Position numbers and translations under genes: made by a program. This document shows, piece by piece, positions 1-9,810 of a stretch of DNA of 64,000 bases. This DNA comes from Eledone cirrhosa (lineage: Eukaryota): contig OZ024743.1 in NCBI GenBank assembly GCA_964016885.1, forward strand, positions 121,830,001 to 121,894,000, in the 5' to 3' direction. The notes under the pieces were generated by a model. It had not been told where the DNA came from. It made no database searches and saw only the letters and a program-made list of their open reading frames with translations. Position 1 is the stretch's first letter; every line of letters begins with the position of its first letter.

Positions 1-219
1 AAACAAAAATAATTTCGTAAAAATAGATAATTTAATATTGACTTCTTTTCAAAGTTGCACTTCCGGTATATCGTTGCCACTACCACCACTTCAACTACCA
101 TATATATAGAAAGAGAGAGTGTGTGATGTCAATACCTCCGGTGGCGATCACTTAAATAAACATACTAATTTTCTGTCACTAATTTTCTCCTAATGCAGTT
201 TATATATAATATCGTCTTT

Positions 220-409
220 TTTTAATGTATCATGGATTACTGATTACATAAGACAGTGTAACAACGTCTTCGTTCAATTTCTGTTTATATTGTCAATTAC
301 GATTTTAATTGAAGTATCATATCTACATGTATATATACTTGCGTATAATATCAATATACACACTACACATGTTAGCAGAAAACCACCCGACGAATGGTTT
401 TTCTGCTAG
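220..409 (+). mobile_element. Helitron-like non-autonomous element, 3' part (probably extends further left)
   Basis: Ends in hairpin TAGCAGAAAACCA..TGGTTTTTCTGCTAG then T (terminal CTAG). A second copy lies inverted at 63810-64000. Confidence 0.6.
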
Positions 410-793
410 TAAACGTAATGAAGGCTTAACAAATTGTCCTTGTATTATTATATTACACTCTGTCTAGCTCTGCACCTCGCCACTGACATGAACCTAAACA
501 TCGAGTGCTCACCTGGGTGAACCTACAGTAACTTCACGTTACACTCTCTGGGTATATATTGGGGGGGGGGGGGTATATATATATATTTTTTTTTTTTTTT
601 CTCTCTCTCTTCCTCCCACAGTGTAATTTAAATAAACGGTTGTTTTTTTTTTCAATTTTTCGGACATTCATTTGCATATTCACACAGAACTTTGAATTAC
701 CCTCAATAAAATTGTTCACTATCCAGCGAATTTTGAACCGTCAAGGTTGTTTTCCACGGTTATGTCACAATTTGTTTTATAAAACAAATTTTG

Positions 794-858
794 TATTCTA
801 TCTGATGAAAGCGCACCAAGACTGCCTTGGTTGCCCTTGAAATATATATAATAAAATA
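794..858 (+). ncRNA. Minimal type-I hammerhead ribozyme motif
   Basis: TATTCTAT-CTGATGA-[AAG.GCA CCAAG/CTTGG TGC.CTT stem II]-GAAA-T ATAT A-TA-ATAAAATA. Stem I pairs 7 of 8; helix III is a palindromic stub; predicted cleavage after AUA (850). Confidence 0.75.
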
Positions 859-900
859 TTTATGGTTTTATAAATATAGTTTCCATTTATTAATATATTG

Positions 901-937
<37 letters not shown>

Positions 938-1099
938 ATATTGTTATACTTTGGGAGGGTTATGTTGCCAATAAGAAACACATTCACCAGTTGCTTTCAC
1001 TCCAATTTATTATAAATTAAAAAAAAAAATTTTTTTTAATTTATAAATTTCCGGTTGGTTGATTGGTTGGTTCCACAACCGGACGATTGTTCATATATT

Positions 1100-1142
1100 A
1101 TCAAAGTTCTTTCGTCACACATTCTGTGACCTCTTCAGTGAC
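1100..1142 (-). ncRNA. Minimal hammerhead ribozyme motif in the left arm of a palindrome
   Basis: Minus strand GTCA-CTGAAGA-G-GTCAC agaatgt GTGAC-GAAA-G AA C-TT-TGAT; core intact. Confidence 0.7.
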
Positions 1143-1274
1143 TGGGGATTCTTTTCTTTTTTTTGTGCCTCTCCTTTGTTCTGTCCTACGCCATCTTGTT
1201 TTGTGTGTGTTGTGTCAACAAGATGGCGTAGGACAGAACAAAGGAGAGGCACAAAACAAAGAAAAGAATCCCCA

Positions 1275-1317
1275 GTCACTGAAGAGGTCACAGAATGTGT
1301 GACAAAAGAACTTTGAC
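1275..1317 (+). ncRNA. Mirror copy of the hammerhead with a core mutation (GAAA>AAAA), probably inactive
   Basis: GTCA-CTGAAGA-G-GTCAC agaatgt GTGAC-AAAA-GAACTT-TGAC. Confidence 0.6.
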
Positions 1318-1525
1318 AATATATGAACAACCGTCCGGTTGTGGAACCAACCAACCAACCAGAAATTTATAAATTTTTTGAAAATTTTTTTTAATTTATA
1401 ATAAATTGGAGTGAAAGCACCTGGTGCGTGTGTTTCTTATTGGCAACATGACCCTCCCAAAGTATAACAATATCGGTTTCAACGCACGTTTTCAGATAAA
1501 GAATCTTGCTAAACAAATTCAGAAA

Positions 1526-1553
<28 letters not shown>

Positions 1554-1559
<6 letters not shown>

Positions 1560-1693
1560 GGAATAGAATGAAACGAAATTTCATTTCTCACTCTTAGTAC
1601 GGCAGTTAGTTAAATGTAAGTATGTATGTATGTATAAGTAACTGCCGTACTAAGAGTGAGAAATGAAATTTCGTTTCATTCTATTCCATTTAT
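1554..1693. repeat. Perfect 55-bp inverted repeat with 30-nt spacer
   Basis: 1554-1608 is the reverse complement of 1639-1693. Confidence 0.9.
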
Positions 1694-2176
1694 CGTTTTC
1701 GGTGCGCCCGGCCGACTAAACTCACTCGATATGCAAATTAGGCTGCTCAGCCGTTAATATGCATAAGGAAAGTATATACTTTCAGACGTTCAACCATCTG
1801 GCAGGAAGGTATACGATGCTGACGATAGCTAATAAGCTTGAAACTAGTACATCGTTCCTGTGTCAGTGTTGAACAAAAAGGTGACGTGGTTGCCTAAATA
1901 CTGTACGGCGTAATTCGGACTGTTTGTTTGTTTACAAACAAACCGAGCATTATAATAAATGTTCGGTAAACCGATACGTGCATATATATGTGTGTGCATG
2001 TATGTATATATATACATACTACTGTACGTCAGTATACATATATGTATGTATATACTTACATATATATATCGGTTGCTAGTTAATCGCTTTACCGTGTCGG
2101 TTGTCACAAACAGTCATGACCGGCACGGGCCGGTGTTTGGATTATGTCGATCGATTTGGTTATTGATTAGGCTATA

Positions 2177-2286
2177 CCCGCTGATGAAGCCGCATAAGCC
2201 GATTGTGCATTGTTGCATAATATATGCAGACAGATGGTGCAGTGCACCTTACTGATACATTAGTGCTGCAGAAACTCGAGTCGGGG
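2177..2286 (+). ncRNA. Hammerhead ribozyme motif with long stem II and palindromic helix III
   Basis: CCCG-CTGATGA-(83 nt)-GAAA-C TCGA G-TC-GGGG. ACTCGAGT is self-complementary; GUC cleavage triplet at 2280-2282; first stem-I pair is mismatched. Confidence 0.7.
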
Positions 2287-2431
2287 AACCTTATAGTCAC
2301 CCGTTTTACGTGTGTTGTGTTGAGGCAAATAACTATGTGTATACTCTGGTAATGTATCTTACATTGCCCATTGAGTGCGCTGAGATACAACCGGTACTGG
2401 CATTGATAAATATGCTGGGTCCGTCAACCCT

Positions 2432-2435
<4 letters not shown>

Positions 2436-2520
<85 letters not shown>
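2436..2520. repeat. (TA)n microsatellite
   Basis: Direct reading. Confidence 0.95.
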
Positions 2521-2524
<4 letters not shown>

Positions 2525-3025
2525 GAGTGTATTATAATAATACAAGGACAATTTGTTAAGCCTTCATATATATATATTGTAGTACAAACTTGGTATAACT
2601 ATCCAAAGGTTTGGAGCACTCAGTCCATATAACGACTTATATATAATCAGTTACAACATTGGTATATACAGGTAATTAAGTTTCGATAGGTTGTTTATCC
2701 CAACTCATTCATTTTGTTTTTATGCTGAATGAGTTGTGGATAAACAACCCAATGAAACTTAAGTACCTGTGTAGTGGGTCGGATGGTGGTTTGGATAGTT
2801 GGTTGTGTTGTGGTGTTGATTCATTTGTTGCGTGTGTGCTCATTTGTAGATTGCTGAGTCGTGTGGTCGCTGTTGACCAGAGATTGCGTATGTGTAAGTG
2901 AGTAACAGTGTTCATTAAGATGATGATATGATGGTTCATTGATCATGTAGGAAATTAAATGTATTAAAAAAAAACAAATACACGATAACACAAAGCCGCT
3001 ATGTCACTAATTTATTGAAAATAAA

Positions 3026-5144
3026 TATAACAGGTTTCACTGAGGGTGTATGAATATAACAAGGGGACTCGGTTGTATGTACAATATTTATTTTACAAGG
3101 TTGAGCTATGTAGAGCTTAATAGTTGACATGCCAAGAGAGAGGAAAGGATGAATTAAAGTTAGTTGCATTTCCATTTTAAAGTCAGCCCGCAAGACCAAG
3201 GGGTCTTTACATTACCATGTTCAGGTTGCCAGAGAGTATAGCCTCGGCGAACGCGCCTGGCCGAAGGGCCAGGCAGGTTAAAAGAGAGGGAGACAGCTTT
3301 CAGCTGTCTCTTTTATAAGGTCCCTGGACGGAAGTGACAAAGAAGGTTCTGCAACCATAACGGGAAGTAACTCCAGCTACTTCTTGTCTAGAGAGCGCTA
3401 CTGGTGATAAGGGAGGCAACTCTTGCTACATTATCTCCCGCCAGATTTTTTAAACATAAAAATCGAATTAACCATGTATGAAGTAAGATGGCGAGCATGT
3501 AACACCAAAGTCCAGGCATGAAAATTACAAAACAATAATGTTTGCAATAAAAGCAAAACAGCAAAATATAAGCATGCAAAAATTAATGATAGATATCAAG
3601 GTAGCCAACCGCTCTTGGCCAGAGAACGACTGGACATCCATCACACAAAGATACAGTGTAATCAAAAGAAGAGGTCAAAGGAGCAAAGAAACGTGCTCGA
3701 ACATAGTTGTTAAAAAAAATTCAAATGTTCAAAAATAAAGTTAACATGACAGCAGGAAAGAAAGTGTGTTCCAGAGAATGTATGCAGGTAGTTTCTAGAC
3801 TGTGGTACAACGTGAAATTCCCAACCTCCAAAAGGCGCTGGGATTTTCTCACAGGAAGAGTGCTGCAAAAATAAATTCTGTTTTGTTCTGCTGGTTTTGG
3901 TTGTTGATAAAGCAAAGATGAAGCTGTGTTGTTGTTGTCTCACGGACTGAGCCTATTCGATGTTGTTTCCATTCACAGTAAAAAGTTTCCCAGAAAAAAT
4001 GAGTTGCGCAAAGTGCTAGAAATAACAGCCAAAGTTGATGGTCGATATTGAGAATGTGTTGACCTGGAAGGGTCAAGAGGCCAGCAACCAAATAAATAAG
4101 CATTCTGAATAAATGCGCAGTTTTCAACGGCAAATTTACGTAGTAAATTTTTAAACCGGCAAATAGGAGAATATAGCTTAAGGCTGGAGAATCCTTGTCA
4201 AGAAACATTATCAATGGCGTGTGTTATCTCAGTAAGTCGAGATGTGTGCTGCCACACGTGCCGAAACAAGGCTAAAGTCGAGTTGAATAAAAAATATTTC
4301 TATTGCGCGAGAAAATAGCGCGAAGATGATAGTGCAACAGGTCGTTGGCAGGATTTTGAAAAATGTGTGTGTGAACGTGATAATATGATGAAAAAGAAGG
4401 AAAGGCTTTGTATATGGCGAGAGTTCAATTTTTTTTTTGAAAGTGATGGGATATATCGAGTGAGTGAAACACATTTAAACGATGTAAACACGTTAGGTGA
4501 AGAACAAAATTTTTTCTTGTTTGTTTGCTGCTGAGAAAAAAATTACTTCTATTTTTCGTTGTAGACAAAATCCATGTGGAATGTTGTAGAAAAAATGTTG
4601 TAGAAAAAATCCATGTAGAATGTTGTTAGAGGAATTTTTTCTTTTTGAAATACTGCTAATTAATTTTCTTTTTTCCATATTCACACAACACCAATTCCTA
4701 TTATTTTTTTCTCGGGGTCACCAATTATAACAGGGACACTGGGTTGTATGAATATAACAAAGACACTCGGTTGTATGTACAATATTTATTTAACAAGGTT
4801 GAGCTATGTAGAGCTTAATAGTTGACATGCCAAGAGAGAGGAAAGGATGAATTAAAGTTAGTTGTATTACCGTTTTGAAGTCATCCCGCAAGAGACCAAG
4901 GGCTCTTTACATTACCATGTTAAGGTTGCCAGAGAGTATAGCTTCGATGAACGCGCCTGGCCGAAGGGCCAGGCAAGTTAAAAGAGAGAGAGAGAGAGAG
5001 AGAGGGGCAGCTTTCAACTGTCTCTTTTATAGGGTCCCTGGACGGAAGTGACAAAGAAGGCTCTGCAACCACAGCGGGAAGTAACTTCAGCTACTTCCTG
5101 TCTAGAGAGCGCTACTGGTGATAAGGGAGGCAACTCTTGCTACA
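3026..5144 (-). mobile_element. Non-autonomous LTR retroelement (Gypsy-like signals): 5' LTR 4726-5144, 3' LTR 3026-3430, 1.3-kb non-coding interior
   Basis: Direct repeats of about 410 bp (TGTAGCA...TGTTATA). PBS TGGTGACCCCGA (4723-4712) matches the tRNA-Trp 3' end, 2 nt from the LTR. Purine tract GGCGGGAGATAA precedes the 3' LTR. TATAAAAG and AATAAA inside the LTR; near-TSD TAAA/TACA. Confidence 0.88.
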
Positions 5145-5207
5145 TACAGTAAGAGCAAATAAACACATGAATTGTGTGACGTTATTTGTCAAGATGTGTA
5201 TGTGTTT

Positions 5208-5212
<5 letters not shown>

Positions 5213-5281
<69 letters not shown>
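5213..5281. repeat. (CT)n microsatellite
   Basis: Direct reading. Confidence 0.95.
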
Positions 5282-5282
<1 letters not shown>

Positions 5283-5811
5283 TTCCTTTCTTTTCTTCTG
5301 CAAATCCACCAGGAACCCAGCATCTGCCTTCAACACCGCACGAGACCCTTTTCAATCATGTTTATATCTCTATTTTTATCTTTACTTTTATCTGCAACCC
5401 CTAAAACAATTTTGTTCTCTAGATATAAGGGGTACAGAAGAGCACGCACGCACGCGCGCGCGCGCAGGGATACCACAAGATAACAGATAAATTCTATATC
5501 CACTCCTAACTATTTTGTTTGACAAACCTGAAATACTGACCTTTCGACACAATTGAACCCCATCCTAATACTCTACCCCCCCCCCCCCCCCACACACACA
5601 CACACACATTAAAAATGTCATCTGGACCATTAGTATGAATTCTAAGAATATTTTCTACTTTTCAACCAAGTGAATTCAATTGAATTTTGACCGGGGAGGG
5701 GGGGGGGGGTAAATATGTGTGTGTGTGTGTGTAAAGTAATTGGAAAAAAGACAACAGACAATGAAGTACAATGAAGATATATATTAGTTTCACGCTTAAT
5801 ATAGTAAGAAA

Positions 5812-5851
5812 CATCTTAACGTTTCGGACATTTGTCCTTCATCAGAAAATG
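5812..5851 (-). ncRNA. Ultra-minimal hammerhead ribozyme motif
   Basis: Minus strand CATTTT-CTGATGA-A-GGAC aaat GTCC-GAAA-CG-TT-AAGATG: 6-bp stem I, 4-bp stem II, ACGT palindrome in place of helix III. Confidence 0.8.
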
Positions 5852-6053
5852 GAATGAAAAATTGAAGAAGAAATAAAAAGATAGAGTAGAGTGAGCAGGG
5901 GCAGAAACGAAAAAATGTCTTTGAGATAAAGCAGGTCTGTTCATTTCACTATCTTTTGAAAAACTGTTGATAAGAACGTTTATGGCGTAGAAAGTTCAGT
6001 TGGTCGTCTTTTGAAAGGTTGTGATCAAAAGTGTCGATATCATGGTAATATAT

Positions 6054-6056
<3 letters not shown>

Positions 6057-6138
<82 letters not shown>
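6057..6138. repeat. (GT)n microsatellite
   Basis: Direct reading. Confidence 0.95.
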
Positions 6139-6140
<2 letters not shown>

Positions 6141-7383
6141 TAATCAACGGAAACAATATGGTTTCGAAACAATTATGTAGACCATTAATTTATCAAAACG
6201 CAGATTTCACAGTGTGTATGACTCAAAATAATTAAATACGTTTGACACAATTGCCGTCATTATTGATGACACCAGTAAAATAAGTTAATAATTTGAAAAT
6301 CACATTTACATAGATGTATGGTAATGGAAATTAAAGATGTAGTAAGCAATGGCACTACCTTATCGTTGCGGAGCAATTGAGTTGTGCTTGGTCAGTCACC
6401 AGGCCTGTAAGTCGGCGGCGTAGGAATACCAAGTAGTAACTTCCGCCCAGCAAGGGAATTTGCGCCTCTTTTGATTTCTACCTCACAGTTGCGGCTTCAT
6501 TTTCGTGAACATAAGACGTCACTAAATTCGTTCCCTGGAGCAACGGGCAAGATGTAGAAAATACCAAGAAATTTTAGCCCTGTCGGCAAGGGCCGAACAA
6601 CTAGTTCATGCAGCATGCCAGTAGCTTTTTAATCTTTTAGTACCTGTAATAATTTACGGAGAAAAATAAACCTTTGTTATTTCCTCACTTTGCTTTCCTA
6701 TTTGATCCTTCCACGTGAACTTAAAAATATAAACACACAGCCTTTTACTACATCTTCCTTAAGGATCCTTCTCGCAACCCAAAATCTTATTTTTAAATTT
6801 TTTCCTGCTAAAAAGACTTCAACTATTGCGTAGATGTTACCAAGCCTGTCCCTACTACTTCTGGTTAAGAAATTGCAAATAATTTCGGACAGAAATGTTT
6901 GGTAAACAGACTGTTTTTAGGTGCACTGAAATCGAAATCAAATAATTGGGTAGCACAATCCACATTATACATACTATTCCCTATTTTAACTTTTGGTACC
7001 ATATTTCCAATGAAAAATACTGCCTAAATATTTTTTTAAGAATAATCACGTTACAACAAAGGGCACTTGAATTTCCCTCTAATATTTTTTTTAGACAAGC
7101 CACGAGTGATAGTGAAGCTAAGGCGCTGAAATAACCAAGCACACCCGTGAGCATCATCTGATAAAGTGGGTGAGACGAGCTGCTAACAATGATAGGGACA
7201 CTTTATTGTTAGCAGCCCAGCTCTCCCGAGAGTTACAAGCTGAAAACAAATATTTTGCTGATATTTATCCATTCACCTACGTTTGTTGTGACCCTCACCT
7301 TCGCCGCAGCATCCAGGATGTGGGAAGGAACAAAGATGGTGTCAGTCTGTTTGATATCAAAAGGGTAAAACATACTTGATATA

Positions 7384-7551
7384 ATTGTTTTTACTTTGGG
7401 CACAAAGCCAGCACATTACTGGTGCTTTATTTTATCGACCCCGTAAGGATGAAAGGCAAAGTTAACCTCGGCAGGATTTAAACTCAGACCGTAAAGGGCC
7501 GTAACTTTATGCTGAAAAGCATGGCGTCCGACCTTTTACCGGTACTGCCAA
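7384..7551 (-). mobile_element. tRNA-derived SINE, family A (partial inverted copy at 7706-7817)
   Basis: A/B boxes plus the conserved core GCCTTTCATCCTTACGGGGTCGATAAAAT (MetaSINE-like domain, from recall). Confidence 0.85.
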
Positions 7552-8649
7552 ATAATATGCTAAGTGTGTGGATGCAATCAATTGAATAGTGTCCGCACTT
7601 ATGATGATGAATATACAAGACGATGAAAATTGTCTACAGTCAAACAACTGACTTCAAAAAGACAACATAATTTATGACTAGTGGTTACTCTTTTATAAAA
7701 TTGGATCTCGCCGAGGTTAACTTTGCCTTTCATCCTTACGGGGTTGATAAAATAAAGTACCAGTAATACACTGCACTGGGTAATTGCTGGCCTTGTGCCT
7801 AACGTAGAAACAATTATGAGAAAGGAAAACATTTTGAATATATAAACACAGATGAAACATAAAATAAACACTTTATTCGATTTTAATATAAATCAATCAA
7901 ATTTATTAAGTTCTTTTCCCCCAAAGGATGCCCGGGACCAACGCACCGTCGCCCCCTTCGTCTGCACGCTACTGATTCAACTCATATCTAAGTTGGGATT
8001 TTCATTTTTCTTCGCTCGGTGGTAGTCAATAAAAAAATATATTTCTCAGCATTGTATTGGTGGTTATTCAATTAACTATATCTCTTTCCTCTACTTTGTT
8101 ACTTTATGTTAATAATATAAAGTCATTATTAACGCAAACAAAAACTTGAATTCTAAAATCGTTTTATTACAATTAATCCATATTATAATGAGAGCTGTCT
8201 GCCCATCTGTCACCCGAACATTGACAATGAAATTATTTTTTATTGTTGTTGTTGTTGTTTTTTTTGGGGGGGGGGGGGGGGGGGGGGCTTCTTTCATTGA
8301 CGCCAGAATTCAATGTTATATTTGTCAACGTCTCCCTATCTTTCCGTGTCCTTTCTCACCCCTGTCTATCTTTTTCACTATATATATATGTGTGAGTGTG
8401 TAGTGAAAAACATATATACTGTAACGATCTACTGCCCGACGGCCAAGCTTAAACTGTTTACATAGCAAAATGGGAAATTAATCTGATTATGTTAACTTCA
8501 GCCAAGTCTATCTGTAAGGGGCGGAGTTATACGTTGGTTGACATGAGGTGTTGGGGAACAATGAAACTAAAGTACCAGTCTAGTAGTTTCCCCTCCTTCA
8601 CTAAATTACAGTACCTAAATTCGAAATTATTACTATTATTATAATATCC

Positions 8650-8977
8650 TTGGTTGACTTTGCCTTTCATCCTTACGGGGTCGATAAAATAAAGTACCAG
8701 TAATGCACTGGTTTATTGTTGGCCTTGTGCCTAAAGTAGAAACAATTATTATAATATCCTTACGGGGTCGATAAAATAAAGTACCAGTAATACACTGGGT
8801 ATTTGCTGGCCTTGTGCCAAAAGTAGAAACAATTATTATAATATATACTATTATTATAATTTGAGTTCAAATCCCGCCGAGATTAACTTTGCCTTTCATC
8901 CTTACAGGGTGATAAAATAAAGTATCAGTAATGTACTGGGCAGTTGCTGGCCTTGTGCCAAAAGTAGAAACATTATT
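8650..8977 (+). mobile_element. Three tandem 5'-truncated copies of SINE family A
   Basis: The tail CCTTGTGCC.AAAGTAGAAAC..TTATT is repeated three times. Confidence 0.85.
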
Positions 8978-9087
8978 CTTATTATAATATATATATATAT
9001 ATATCAATCGTTAAACTAATATATTTCTTCATTGTACTGTGTTGTTTGCTTTGTTGTTTCTGTTTACGTTTTGCATATATATATTGC

Positions 9088-9810
9088 ATGTTCCGATGGA
9101 TATGTAATAGTAATATACGCGAACAGCTAAGCATAAGCAAACTGAGAGAGAAACTAGGCATAAGAGGAATCAAATGTTGTGTGCAAGAGAGGAGATTGCA
9201 TTGGTATGGACATGTGATACATAGGAAGGATGACAGCTGCCTAAAAAGGTGCAAAGCACTCAAAGTCGATGGAAGCCTTGGAGTGGGCAGACCCAGGAAG
9301 ACTTGAGATGAGGTGATAAAAGCTGACTTTGCCCAGTTGCACCTCTCAAAAGCGATGACACAGGACTGAGATCTCTGGTGTTATGCAGTAATACAGAAGA
9401 CTCGACTTCCAATAGGCACAGGCGGAAGCTGAAGCATATATACAGTATGCTCTGCCCCACCCCATCCCACTGTATAGGGTTAGTGTAAGTATAATGACAA
9501 AAAGCACCCAGCCTACACTGTAAAGTGGTCGTGTAGGTGTGACAACAAAAAACACCCAGTCCTCACTGTAAAGTGGTCGTGTAGGTGTCATGACAAAAAG
9601 CACCCAGTCGACATTGTACAGTGGTCATGTAGGCGCACAACAAAAAGCACCCAGTACTCACTGTCAATGAGTTTGATGTTAGGAAGGGCATCCAGCTATA
9701 GAAACCAAGCCTAAATCATCAAAGCATGGTCACCTGACCTAGCATTGCCAACAAGACAACTCATCTAACCCATGCCAGTGTGGAAGAATGGACGTAAAAC
9801 AGTGATGCTG
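9088..9810 (+). mobile_element. RTE LINE 3' fragment with tandem-repeat tail
   Basis: MFRWIC...LREKLGIRGI..VQERRLHWYGHV...GRPRKT, then about 50-bp tandem units and a GGACGTAAAAC..GATG tail. Confidence 0.85.

Larger units (their letters stand above)
938..1473. repeat. Long inverted repeat (about 260-bp arms, 16-nt loop 1201-1216); head-to-head Penelope-type pseudo-LTRs
   Basis: Arms are reverse complements with scattered substitutions; each arm, read outward, has a hammerhead motif followed by AATAAA. Confidence 0.9.

Noticed and set aside
1059-1354. Mirror-image ORFs of 79-85 aa on both strands
   Set aside because: By-product of the palindrome; no protein motifs.
6520-6643. Possible selenoprotein exon: minus frame TKRLKSYWHAA-TGA-TSC gives a UxxC pattern
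   Set aside because: No resemblance to SelP, SelU or other selenoprotein contexts, and no properly spaced SECIS (RUGA-N11/12-AA...GA) downstream; likely chance.
7170-7379. 69-aa ORF with plausible composition
   Set aside because: GTG start, no recognisable domain and no convincing in-frame acceptor.
9494-9700. Regularly spaced repeats resembling a CRISPR array
   Set aside because: Eukaryotic context, whole units repeat without unique spacers, and they lie within a LINE tail.
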